A stretch of 64,000 nucleotides of DNA from Dehalococcoidia bacterium (GCA_034423195.1 DAOUIZ010000023.1:92028-156027), one strand, 5' to 3'; numbered from the stretch's first letter, positions 27,901 through 37,579 are shown. The notes: generated by a model from the letters alone, not told the origin. A program made the numbers and translations.

Positions 27901-28371
27901 CTACGCGCTGTTGAGTATCTGGAGTCCGGCTCGCTCTGGTTGGTTCTATATCACGCCCTTCATATGCGGACATTTCCTCTGAGCAATTTTCTGCCGACAA
28001 AATCCCAGAGCATTGAGAAGCCGACAGATCGAATTTTGCGCGGATCCACGCTCGTGGGCAGAACGCCATGCCATTCCCTTACTGATGACGCAAATCTAAT
28101 CCGTCATCAACATGGTGAGACCCTCTTCGGACCCAGGCGTTGACGGCCCACGGGTTTCCCTCGGGGCTGGATTGCCTTGTTTGCCCTTCTAGCCGGTAGT
28201 ACACTCATCCTGCTACAGACACCCCGTTACCCTCAACCCGGACCCCGTGAACCGGACCCATTCGGTACCAAGGAAGGGGCACCTCGCGTGCCCCCTTGCG
28301 GGTTCTTTCACGGGGATGAGCGGTGTCTGTAGCAAGGTTGCCACCATCCTTCACCACAAGGGGGCTCCATC

Positions 28372-29637
28372 TTGCTGGCAAAATTTACCAACACCCGGCT
28401 CAGTGCATCCCCGGTTTGCGTCGTTGCCCTGATCCTTCTCGTCCTGACCCTGGCCTGCGGTACCAGCGAAGCTCCCGAAGAACCCGGTTCCTCTCTGGAC
28501 GACCCCGCCACCCCCGTTGGGAGATTCCCAAACGAAGACACATCCGCCGGTCCGACACCGGGAGTGGTCTCCTCGAGGGTGGATGCCACCACCAGTTCAG
28601 AGTCTCGGGCTGGCGAGAGCCCAACCGGCACCCCCCCGGGCTCATCATCAGCCACATCACCGACGCCGGGGCCCGGAGCCGCCGAACAGGCCGCGCCGGA
28701 TAGTCGAAATCCAGCTATGGCAATGCCCTCGGCCGTCCCCGTGCCGACCAGGACCATCCCGGTGGAAGAGGTCACCTGGAGCATCCAGGGGGTTTTTCCC
28801 CTGCACCAGGCAGCATTCGACGGCACCCTGGCCGCGGTGGAAGCGCTCCTCGCCCAGGGAGAGCCCGTGGGCGCCAGGACCCAGTTCGTCTCTTCCGCCG
28901 GCGAGACCAGGGAGGTGACCCCCACCGAGTTGGCCGTGTGGAACAACACCCGGGAGGTGGTGGAGCTTCTGATCCAGAATGGCGGAGGCCACAGCTGGCT
29001 GGCCCTGACCGCCGTCCAGCACAACCCGGACCCGGAGGTGATGGACGTGCTGCTGAAGGCGTTCGAGGACCAATTTCAGACGGCGCTGGATGGGGCAACA
29101 GTCCAGCGGGGCGACTTCACCAGGGCGGCGCGGAACTGGGTATTGCCCTGCGGGGTGGCCGCCACGGCGCGATACCCGGGGCCGGTGGACCGGTTCCTCG
29201 CTTTCGGCTGGAATGAATACCTATCCGACTTCCAGCGGATTGCCTACGCTGGCGGGGGGATTAACGGGCAATTCTGCGAAACCAGCCCCGGATCGCGCAG
29301 CAGCCGGGCCCAATACGCCGGGTTCTTCAGCGAGGCTGTGGCGAAGAATCCCCATCCGGAGGTCCTGCAGGTTTTCCTGGACCATGGGGCCGACATCGAC
29401 AACGAATGGGAGGGGATTCCCTACCTGCACCGCGCTGCCCAGCACAATCCCGAGCCGGCCGTGGCCGCGTTCCTGATCGACCGGGGGCTGGATGTGAACC
29501 AGCCCACCGACCGGGGTGAAACACCCCTGCACCTGGCTCTGGGGAATGACGAGCCGTCGGTGGCCGCAGCGCTGATCGCGCGGGGCGCCGATGTCAACGG
29601 GGGCGCGGGCCCCCTCACCCTCTCTGGCTCGCTTTGA
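28372..29637 (+). CDS. ankyrin-repeat lipoprotein
   Basis: 421 aa. Signal peptide with lipobox LTLACG, then a Pro/Ser/Thr linker, then ANK-like repeats (PLHQAAFDGTLAAVEALLAQGEPV; GETPLHLALGNDEPSVAAALIARGADVN). Confidence 0.75.
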   Translation: MLAKFTNTRLSASPVCVVALILLVLTLACGTSEAPEEPGSSLDDPATPVGRFPNEDTSAGPTPGVVSSRVDATTSSESRAGESPTGTPPGSSSATSPTPGPGAAEQAAPDSRNPAMAMPSAVPVPTRTIPVEEVTWSIQGVFPLHQAAFDGTLAAVEALLAQGEPVGARTQFVSSAGETREVTPTELAVWNNTREVVELLIQNGGGHSWLALTAVQHNPDPEVMDVLLKAFEDQFQTALDGATVQRGDFTRAARNWVLPCGVAATARYPGPVDRFLAFGWNEYLSDFQRIAYAGGGINGQFCETSPGSRSSRAQYAGFFSEAVAKNPHPEVLQVFLDHGADIDNEWEGIPYLHRAAQHNPEPAVAAFLIDRGLDVNQPTDRGETPLHLALGNDEPSVAAALIARGADVNGGAGPLTLSGSL

Positions 29638-30437
29638 TGAGAAACCCGGTCAACGTCGGCCTGATCAGGCTGCTGTTGGAGGCGGGAGCGGACGCCAACG
29701 TGGCAACACGTGATGCCACCCCTCTGCTCCATGTCATGCGGTGGGATGAGCCGGCCCGGTCGGAAGTGGTGGGCCTGCTCCTGGAGAGGGGTGCCAAGGT
29801 CAATGCCCGGGACTCCGTTCGATTCACCCCCCTGCACCATGCTATGAACCCGGGGGTCCAGGCGGGAGAGAACTCCAAGGTGGTGAAGCTGCTCCTGGAC
29901 GCGGGCGCTGACGTGAACGCGCAGAACCACCGGGGGGAGACTCCCCTGCATCTGGCATTGCAGCGCGCCGGGGTTGAGGTGGTGCAGCTGATGCTGGAAG
30001 CGGGCCCGGACGTCAACCTGCAACAACCGGACGGTAGGAGCCTGCTGCACCTCACGGGCAGAAACAATGCTGAGGAGACGGAGATCCTGGTGGAGATGCT
30101 GCTGGACGCCGGAGCGGACCCCGACGTCAGGGACCCGGGAGGCAATACCCTGCTGCATTTATCTGTTCACAACCCCCGGGTGGTGGAGTTGCTGCTGGAT
30201 GGCGGGGCGGATGCCGATGCCAGGGACTCCAACGGCCTCACCGCTCTGTACCTGGCAGTCGGAAGGGGCGGCGGCGGCCGTGATCCCGGCAACCCTGAAA
30301 CGGTGGAGCTGCTGCTGGAGGCGGGAGCGGACCCTCATGCCGACCACGGCGGCCGGACCCCGTGCCAAAGGGCCCAACAACATCAACCCCCCTCGCTGGG
30401 GGGCCAGAGACTCCTGGACCTCGCATGTTCCCCGTAG
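29634..30437 (+). CDS. ankyrin-repeat protein
   Basis: 267 aa with about 6 consecutive ANK repeats (TPLHHA...VVKLLLDAGADVNAQNHRGETPLHLALQ...). Has a 4-nt ATGA overlap with the upstream ANK gene. Confidence 0.85.
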   Translation: MMRNPVNVGLIRLLLEAGADANVATRDATPLLHVMRWDEPARSEVVGLLLERGAKVNARDSVRFTPLHHAMNPGVQAGENSKVVKLLLDAGADVNAQNHRGETPLHLALQRAGVEVVQLMLEAGPDVNLQQPDGRSLLHLTGRNNAEETEILVEMLLDAGADPDVRDPGGNTLLHLSVHNPRVVELLLDGGADADARDSNGLTALYLAVGRGGGGRDPGNPETVELLLEAGADPHADHGGRTPCQRAQQHQPPSLGGQRLLDLACSP

Positions 30438-30957
30438 CTGTTGCCTCCGAAAACGATATCAACCGCCGCCGTTGACAGCTCCGGTCCAATCAGGCGGTTG
30501 AGGGGATCATGGACCAGAAGAGCTGCCTTGGCTTCGACAGTGGTGCGGGCAAGGAGGCCGGAGCGGGGCCCTACCGCGGGACCAGAGTCCCGGTTTGGGC
30601 CCTCCATGGGTGCTTCCGCAAAAGAGCGGGCACCAGCCGGTTCGCCCAGTGGGCCCGCGGGCCGAACGGGAGCATGCTGGGCAGGTACTCGGGGAAGAGA
30701 TTCGGACGTCGCTGAGTGTCAACGGGGCCTGGCCTACTGGAGGCGCCGTAGGCCGTAGTCCGGTTTGGAGATAACGGAAACCCCCGTTCCCTATCCTCTT
30801 GGCCCACCCGATCCCGGGGGCAGGACTTCAGGCACCGGTTGGTAGGACACTGTGAAGGTTTTTGTCCAGTTCGCTTGGGCTGATTCATCACTCTCGCCAG
30901 GCATCATGTTCCCGAGGCCGCAGGCCACTCCATGAGTTAACTTCAGGAGGTGCACCC

Positions 30958-31134
30958 ATGAAGGGAAGGGATGACAGGAACAATCATTCCAACCAGATGA
31001 ATCCCAACAATGATGCGTACTGGCAGTCCCGGGGCTACAATGAGCGCCCCGACGACTGGGAGGACCAGGTGGACACGGAGGAACAGCAGCAGGTCCGCGA
31101 ACGCCGTCACGAAGCTCCGAAGGCCGGGAGGTAA
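30958..31134 (+). CDS. small hydrophilic protein with NQMNPNNDAYWQSRG motif (58 aa)
   Basis: ATG 30958 follows AGGAGGTG. The charged, low-hydrophobicity sequence contains the N-x-x-NQ-x-NPNN-x-AYW-x-SRG motif, which I recall from small conserved hypothetical proteins. Confidence 0.5.
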   Translation: MKGRDDRNNHSNQMNPNNDAYWQSRGYNERPDDWEDQVDTEEQQQVRERRHEAPKAGR

Positions 31135-31197
31135 CCAAGCTGGCAGGGAGTCCAGAGCGGGCGGCTTCATCCGGGCACCCTCTTCGGTGAAATCACT

Positions 31198-32924
31198 ATG
31201 AACGAAAAGAGTTTCTCGGACACGGCTCCCCTGGGCGGCCTCTACAGCGGCCGTATCCTCCGCGCTGTCGTCCAGTCCCTCGGCGTCCAGGACGAGGTGC
31301 TTGGCGACCGAACGGCCCGTAGGTTCTTCTCCGGCCAGCACGTGGACGAACACAACCGCAACCAGATATTCGACGCCCTGGGGCAGGCTCTGATCACCCG
31401 GGGTCTGGCACCGGAGACGCTGGAAGACCTGCCCGAAACGCTCCCCATGGCGTCTGTGGTGGGAATGACGTTGATGGGGGCCTGCGGGGAATGGGACCGG
31501 CTGATGGCCCACCTCCAAGCCCGTTCCGGGCGGGCCGCCGACGTGGGAGAGGCCGTGTCTCAGCTGCTGCGGCTGGTCGTGGTGGACGCTGCCCTGCGTC
31601 TGTTTGCCATGGTCTACCTGGACCTGGAGGCCCTGCCAGGGTCCGAGCCCCCGGCATGGGCGTTGGAGAACGGCACCGGCAACATCCTCCGGCAGCACCT
31701 GCGGGAAGCGGGGCTGACCAGGGACCAACTGGCCGCCCGGTTGGAAGTGTGGCCCACATCCGTGGATAACTGGCTGGACGGAAGGAACCGGCCCAGTCCT
31801 GAAAACGTCGCCGCCCTGGCCCGGGAGCTGGCCTCAATGGGACTCGGAGGCGATGCCCCGGCCCTGGAGCGGTCTCTGAACCGTCAGATCTCCCTGGCCA
31901 CCATGGCGGACCAGATGGCTGCCGGTATTGGCCGGGACAAGCTCATCGAGCTGACCACCAAGCTGGTCCACTTCGCAAGGGCGCTGTCACAGTCGCCGGA
32001 GCTTCCCCGAATCCTGGGGGACAAGCCCCGGGGGGTCCTGCAAAACCTGATCATGCTGGGTTCCGCGGGGGGGGGTCGGCAGCAGCCCTGCTTTCGTGGC
32101 TGGCGGACCGGGAGCCGGATCCCGATTGGCGCTGGAACCTGCTCGCGGCCTTCAGGTTCTGGGATCCCGCCTTCGAGGCGGTGTCCGTCATGCAGGCCGG
32201 CGAGCGGTCGGCCGCCGGACTGGCCCAGGACATCTCAGACGTGACGGGAGTCGTCACGGAAGAGGACCGGCACATCAACGAAGTCCTGAAGCGTGAAGCC
32301 TCCTGGCATGCCGACTTGGCCATAGCGCCCCCGGTTGATGATGATGATTTCAGGATCTACCTGGCCAAGCTGCAGGGCTGCATCGATCTGCGGCGGCGCC
32401 TAGTGAGGCGCTTCCCCCAGAACCCGCTGGCGCACACCCATCTGGGATCCTTCCTGGGGATGGTGGGGAAGAATGTCGGGAGAAGAAGTCTCATAGACGA
32501 AGGGGTCCTTGAGTGCAAGATCGCGGCTGGCCTCCAGCCCGATTGGGACAACCCGGCAGTGGAAGTGGGGATCATCCTGGTGAACATCGGCGCGGGCACG
32601 GCCGCGCTGCGGGAACTGGAACAGGTGGAGCGCACCCTTCCCGAACCGACTCCCCACCTGAGGTTCGTCAAGGGGTACGTCCTCAAGACGCAGGAACGTC
32701 TTAACGAAGCGCTGGAGTGCCTGGAGGCGGTCATCGACGCGCGGCCGGACTTCGCGCCGGCGTACGACCATGCCGCGCACTGCGCTTTCAAGTCGGGAGA
32801 TAGGATCAAGGGGCTGAGGTATGCGAAGGAAGCCCGGATGCGGGGCATGTACGCCGAGCACCGGGCTTGGGGAATCGGGATGTATTCGTCCCGGTCCAAA
32901 CGGCCCGGCCGCCATTCGAGATGA
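31198..32924 (+). pseudogene. HTH (XRE-like) + TPR-like protein, reading frame broken at a G9 homopolymer
   Basis: ORF 31198..32244 reads sensibly up to ...NLIMLGSAGG. After the G-run 32067..32075, sensible protein continues in the other frame (SAAALLSWLADREPDPDWRWNLLAAFRFWDP...) into ORF 32181..32924. One extra G, or two fewer, gives a single ~575-aa protein. Confidence 0.7.
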
Positions 32925-33166
32925 GGGGATGCCCTAGCACGGTCTCCCATCCCAGGAGGCTGTCTGGTCTTACGCCGGGAATATGAGCACCTGGATCGTG
33001 GCCGGTGGCGCGTCGACCGGACCGTCCCTGTCTGTGTAGACGCTCTGGAAGGCGCTGCCTCCTCGGTGCCGCACACCACCTTGCTCGTCGTGTTCTAGGT
33101 CTTGTGCGGCGTCAGGGTCAACTTTTCCATCTCATGTTCTCCGAGTGTCGCGAGAATATTGTCGGT

Positions 33167-34702
33167 CTAGCCCACCCGCCCAACACGGTCGAAGGGAGCG
33201 TGGGCTAGAGGCCGGTAGACATCGATGACTTCATCACCTAGTTCGAACCGTCGGGTAAGGGCATCGATCGCCACCTGGGCTATCAGGGCGGCACATGCCA
33301 TCACCGAAGCGGGCGGAGCGTTGTTGACCGGAGCCGAGCACCCCAGATCGGGGGTTGCGAACTCGCCGTCTCCATCCCCCGCGGGAATTACCGGGTATCG
33401 CTGCCCGTCCTCCCTGAGGTTGATGGGAGTATCCCCGTCCAGGACCTGGCACTGAACCCGCGCCACGCTGCCCCCGCGGTAGAGGGCGCCGGACACCAAT
33501 GGTTTCCCCATCTCCCCGGCCACCATGGCCAGGGCAGGCACGAAGGCATCGTTGCCCGTGGCGTCGACGACGATATCCGAGTCCGAGATGAGCTCCCGTA
33601 TCCTGGCCGGCGCCACCGGAGCTTCCGGGACCTCGACAACCTCGGTCCAGGGAGCATGCTTTTCGATGACGCGGTGCACCGCCTGCACCTTGGGATGGCC
33701 CACCTGGTCATGTCCCGCGACGTGCCTGACCACGTTCTCGGGCAGGAGCATCTGGCCGTCCACGACGTCCAGGCGGCCGAGACCGCTCTCCGAGAGGATG
33801 GTTCCGACGTAACCGCCCAGGGCGCCCGCTCCGAAGAGAGTGGCCCTGCTGGCCCGCAACGCCGGAGCATCAGGGCCGGCGCGCAAAATAAGGGTTCCTT
33901 CATCGGTTGGTCCTGGCTGCAATGCTATCGCCTCCACCTCGTTGTTCATGCCTCCGCACGCCATCACCAGCAGATCCATCGTCCCGTTCCGGTCCCAGCA
34001 GAACAGGATGATGTCCACCCCGCCGCTGGGCGCGAACGGTCTGGAATCCCTGCGCCGTTCCAGCTCCCGCCTCAGCCCCTTGGCCTGGGCCCTGGACAGA
34101 GACCGGAACACCTCAGAAAGCTGGCGGGGCGGCGTGGAGGACAACCGGCCGGCGTGGAACCAGAGGCCCCGCAGTTGATCCGGCGAACTGGCCCTCCCCG
34201 GTCCCAGATCGATCCGCGGAGCACCCCGGTTCACGGCGCCGCGCAGCTCCCCCCAACCGCCCCGGTGAATGGGAAGCTGGGAGCTGTCGAAGGTTGCAAC
34301 GTTGGGGAGTTTCTTCCGGAAGTTCAGGAAGGCGTCGTGCCCGAGATCATCGCCTTCCCAGCCCCGCTCCGCGTTGGCGCACCATTCCTCGATGCGCGCG
34401 AAGAATCCCTCGCCGGTCTCCCACTGGCGGCTGGGGTCTCCGTCCTGCCACAAGCACACAAACCCTTCAAGGGTGGAGTGGTTCGTGTCGAGGCCTTCGA
34501 CGAGCAGGACCGGCGGCTGGAATGGCCATCCCGCCCGGATCACGAGGTCCATGGTCGCCGCCGAGGTCAGGTTGGCGAACGCCTGGTGGATCGGGCCCCG
34601 CCAGCGGGATTGACCGGCAGCGTCCACCGGCCTGAAGCCGGCGTCCTCCAGATAGCGCTCGAAAGCCTCCAGAGACTCCAGGTCGAAGTGGTCGTCCGTC
34701 AT
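33167..34702 (-). CDS. cap2: CBASS Cap2-like E2/E1 fusion (ubiquitin-transferase-like)
   Basis: 511 aa. N-terminal E2/UBC-like region (GWPFQPPVLLV...GFVCLWQ) and C-terminal ThiF/MoeB E1 Rossmann (TLFGAGALGGYVGTILSESGLGRLDVVD). Starts 5 nt downstream of the CD-NTase gene. Confidence 0.85.
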   Translation of the reverse strand: MTDDHFDLESLEAFERYLEDAGFRPVDAAGQSRWRGPIHQAFANLTSAATMDLVIRAGWPFQPPVLLVEGLDTNHSTLEGFVCLWQDGDPSRQWETGEGFFARIEEWCANAERGWEGDDLGHDAFLNFRKKLPNVATFDSSQLPIHRGGWGELRGAVNRGAPRIDLGPGRASSPDQLRGLWFHAGRLSSTPPRQLSEVFRSLSRAQAKGLRRELERRRDSRPFAPSGGVDIILFCWDRNGTMDLLVMACGGMNNEVEAIALQPGPTDEGTLILRAGPDAPALRASRATLFGAGALGGYVGTILSESGLGRLDVVDGQMLLPENVVRHVAGHDQVGHPKVQAVHRVIEKHAPWTEVVEVPEAPVAPARIRELISDSDIVVDATGNDAFVPALAMVAGEMGKPLVSGALYRGGSVARVQCQVLDGDTPINLREDGQRYPVIPAGDGDGEFATPDLGCSAPVNNAPPASVMACAALIAQVAIDALTRRFELGDEVIDVYRPLAHAPFDRVGRVG

Positions 34703-34707
34703 CGGGC

Positions 34708-35736
34708 CTATCCGAACCTGCGGGCTTCATTCGGACGCGGAGCTGCCGGTATGGAAGCGGTGGCCGCGGCGGCGGGACGACCGACACGGCTGGAGCCCTG
34801 ACCAGGGCGGGCACTGCTCCCGCTGGTTCCCCCGCTTCCGGAACCACCGCCCTTGCCGAAGCTGTCGCCGAACAGCTCCTGCCAGATCCTGATGGCCTTC
34901 TCGGCCGAGGGCTCGTCTTTCGCCCGCTTCGCCGTTGCGGCGTAGGACTGGACCCGGTTCCTGAAATTGGCGTACCGCCGCTGGTCCCAGTGCCGGTTGA
35001 AGTTCTCCGTGGGAAGCACCGGGTTCCTGATCTCTGGCATATTTGGATGCTGCTGCAGGTAGTTGTTCATCCGGGAGAGGACGGTCTCCAGCGTGTCGGC
35101 GACCGTGCTCACCGCCGCGGTACCCTCGTCCCCCGGCCTGATGGTGTTGCCGGCCAGGGTGGTCAGCAGGATCGACTTGGCGGAGAAGCTGTTCTTGTGA
35201 TCCCTGAGATGCTTGAGCAGCCTCACCACCCGCTTCAGGTTCCTGCCGGTGATGCGGTTCTTCTCGTTGAACCAGTCCCGGTATCCGTTACCGTCCGTCT
35301 CCTCGAACTTGTTGTCGGTGCGGTTGCAGACGTGGTGCTTGCCGTTGATGGTCACCCGGGGGACGACGTCCAGGTGGAAGTCGCCGGCGTAGTCCACGGT
35401 CACGCACCTGGTCTTGAGCCTGAGCTTGTCGGCATAGGTCTTGTTGCCGGCCAGGGTCCGGTTGATAGCGAGGACGTAGTCCTTGGGTCCCCACCGGGAG
35501 TTGGGGTTCATCACGATCTGGATGTCGGCGTCGTACTCGTCGTTGTCGTCCACCGGCTTGATCAGCGTGCCCAGGGCATATGAGCCCTGCCGCTCCATCT
35601 TCTGATATCCGGTGAGGTTGTTCTTCAGGTAGTCGTTCACCGCCCCCACGGCGGTCTCCAGCCGGTCCAGCCGGCCCGGGTTGAGATTCACCTCATCCTT
35701 GAGGAAGTCGGAAAATTCCTGGTTGTTCTTGGCCAA
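34708..35736 (-). CDS. CD-NTase (SMODS-type cGAS/DncV-like nucleotidyltransferase) with Gly/Ser-rich tail ending in Gly
   Basis: 342 aa. QGSYALGT...EYDADIQIV...GDFHLDVVP matches the GS / DxD / D pol-beta nucleotidyltransferase motifs. Lies between patatin and Cap2 genes. Confidence 0.85.
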   Translation of the reverse strand: MAKNNQEFSDFLKDEVNLNPGRLDRLETAVGAVNDYLKNNLTGYQKMERQGSYALGTLIKPVDDNDEYDADIQIVMNPNSRWGPKDYVLAINRTLAGNKTYADKLRLKTRCVTVDYAGDFHLDVVPRVTINGKHHVCNRTDNKFEETDGNGYRDWFNEKNRITGRNLKRVVRLLKHLRDHKNSFSAKSILLTTLAGNTIRPGDEGTAAVSTVADTLETVLSRMNNYLQQHPNMPEIRNPVLPTENFNRHWDQRRYANFRNRVQSYAATAKRAKDEPSAEKAIRIWQELFGDSFGKGGGSGSGGTSGSSARPGQGSSRVGRPAAAATASIPAAPRPNEARRFG

Positions 35737-35756
35737 AGTCCATACTCCTTTTGCTT

Positions 35757-36788
35757 TTATGCCAGCGCCTTGAATGGTGTCGAGGTGCGGGTGAAAAACG
35801 TCTCCGATATCCGGCCGGCATGCCGCTCCGCGACGGCACGCGCCTCCCCCGGCAGCAGCAGCCTGGCCTTCTCCCAGTCGTCCAGGTCGATGCGCTCAGC
35901 CCCTTCCGGCCGGTCCAGCCGGGTGACCCTGTCGCGTCCGATCAGGAGCCCAGCCTGGTTGACCGCCGTGAGGGACTGGTAGTGCATCGCCACGTAGATG
36001 ATCTCCCGCCACTGGAGCTCCCCGGCCCCGGATGCCTGCCTGCTCGTGATCCGGAAGCCGTCCTGCCCGCACCCCAAGCTCAGGATCGCAATCTGCTCCC
36101 GCCGCACTGCGAAACAGGTGAGGGCTTCCACCAGGGCCATCATCGTGGGGTTGTTGGCCCAGAGGCCCCCGTCCAGCAGGGTGTACCCGTCCTGGACCAC
36201 CGGTTCCAGGTAGGTGGGAGCCGCCGATGTCGCGGCGGCCACCTCGGCCATGGGCTTGTCGCCGTCCAGAAAATACCCGGGATGGTGGGGCGTCTTGTAC
36301 ACCGCGGGATCGCCGTGCTCGGCCTCGGTCGCCGGTATCAGCAGCCGGTACCTGGATTCCCGCAGGGTCATGTCCCCCAGGGTCCGCCGCAGCAGCTCAT
36401 CCAGGGGAGCCCGGTCGTACCGGTTCCGGAACAGCCGTCGAAACCACCGGCGGGCCTTCTGCCGTTTCTCCGGGGGAAAGACGCGGTTCCCCTCGTTGAC
36501 GTACAGGTCCAGCAGGGAGCGTGCTGACAGCCCCGCCCCCAACCCGAGGGCTATGATCCCACCGGTGGAGGTGCCGGCAATCAGGTCGAAGTAGTCCCCG
36601 ATGGGCCGGCCATTCAGACAGTTCTCCTCGAGGTGGGTCAGAACAGCCGCTGGGAAGATGCCCTTGATGCCGCCGCCATCGATGGACAGGATCCTGAACT
36701 TGGCGTCATCAGGCCAGGGCAGGGGCTCCCGGCGGGTCTGCAGGATCGTGTCCGACCTGCGGGTTGGTTTCCCGTCTATCACTCTCAC
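35757..36788 (-). CDS. capV: patatin-like phospholipase effector (CapV-like)
   Basis: 343 aa. SIDGGGIKG oxyanion motif, GTSTGG nucleophile elbow and LLDGGLWANNP catalytic Asp region. Confidence 0.88.
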   Translation of the reverse strand: MRVIDGKPTRRSDTILQTRREPLPWPDDAKFRILSIDGGGIKGIFPAAVLTHLEENCLNGRPIGDYFDLIAGTSTGGIIALGLGAGLSARSLLDLYVNEGNRVFPPEKRQKARRWFRRLFRNRYDRAPLDELLRRTLGDMTLRESRYRLLIPATEAEHGDPAVYKTPHHPGYFLDGDKPMAEVAAATSAAPTYLEPVVQDGYTLLDGGLWANNPTMMALVEALTCFAVRREQIAILSLGCGQDGFRITSRQASGAGELQWREIIYVAMHYQSLTAVNQAGLLIGRDRVTRLDRPEGAERIDLDDWEKARLLLPGEARAVAERHAGRISETFFTRTSTPFKALA

Positions 36789-36856
36789 CTAACAACTGCC
36801 TGCAATAATGAAATCCGCTGATTAGCGTAGTTCATGCCCGAAAAAAAAGCAAGTGC

Positions 36857-37579
36857 CTATTTCAGTTCCAACGCCGACTCCTCGGCCCCGTCAGTTAGGT
36901 ACTTCAGCTGGGCCAGCCTCACCCTCGCAGCATCCTTTGACACTCCGAATTCTCCCGACACTCTGACGATGAGGTCGTCTCCTTTCACAGAGGCGTGCGG
37001 GACCGCGCCAAAGGTCCCCCATTCAAAGAAGGTTTTCCGGACCAGTTGCTTGAGCCGTGTGATCGGCATCAGGATGGCCCCGGAAACGTAACCGGCCTGC
37101 CACTCCATCCAGTCGGTTCCCGGTATCCGGATGTCCGCCGGCCTCTTGCACCTGGGCCCGGGGGACTCCTCCACATCGGGGATGAGCCTGGGCTGGTTGA
37201 AGGGCCACAGCGTGGCGTGCAGCTTCACATGGGCAAACTCGTGGGTGAGGGTGGTCCGCAACCGGTTTTCCCCGTGGCCGGAGCCAGACAGTTCCCGGGC
37301 GATCTTCACCACCGGTTTCCGGTCCGGGAAGAAGAGGGTCAGTCCCTGCACCTCTTCTCCGTCGTCGCCCTCCTTGCTGAGGTCGGCGTAGTGGTCCAGG
37401 TCGGAGGTATCTCCCTCGATCATCACGGTCAGGTCCTCGGTGGACACTGGAAACTCGACCTTGCCGCACCTCTCAAACAGAAAACTGACGATCCACCCTT
37501 CGCTCAGTCTGTCCAGGTCTTCCTGGGGATAGAAGGGCCGCTCCGGAAAGCGACCCGTGGGGTCCTTGATCCACATCAT
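36857..37579 (-). CDS. capP: ImmA/IrrE-family zinc metallopeptidase (CapP-like)
   Basis: 240 aa with a HEFAH zincin motif. Its start overlaps the stop of the upstream XRE gene (ATGA). Confidence 0.75.
   Translation of the reverse strand: MMWIKDPTGRFPERPFYPQEDLDRLSEGWIVSFLFERCGKVEFPVSTEDLTVMIEGDTSDLDHYADLSKEGDDGEEVQGLTLFFPDRKPVVKIARELSGSGHGENRLRTTLTHEFAHVKLHATLWPFNQPRLIPDVEESPGPRCKRPADIRIPGTDWMEWQAGYVSGAILMPITRLKQLVRKTFFEWGTFGAVPHASVKGDDLIVRVSGEFGVSKDAARVRLAQLKYLTDGAEESALELK

Noticed and set aside
28211-28337. 13-nt inverted repeat GCTACAGACACC / GGTGTCTGTAGC ~100 nt apart, upstream of the ANK lipoprotein gene: an IS end?
   Set aside because: It is too short to distinguish from chance, and no matching copy was seen at the other side of the ISNCY remnant.
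30441-30860. 520-nt gene-free gap after the ANK genes: ncRNA?
   Set aside because: Minus-strand fragments in shifting frames (LFPEYLPSMLPFGPRAHWANRLVPALL; EAKAALLVHDPLNRLIGPE) look like the decayed C-terminal part of an alpha/beta-hydrolase-type gene. A pseudogene remnant is the simpler explanation, but support is too weak to annotate.
32357-33079. 240-aa minus-strand ORF downstream of cap2 as a Cap3 candidate
   Set aside because: It is antisense to the TPR-coding region, has Arg/Ser/Pro-rich composition and carries no JAB (H-x-H...S-x-x-D) motif.
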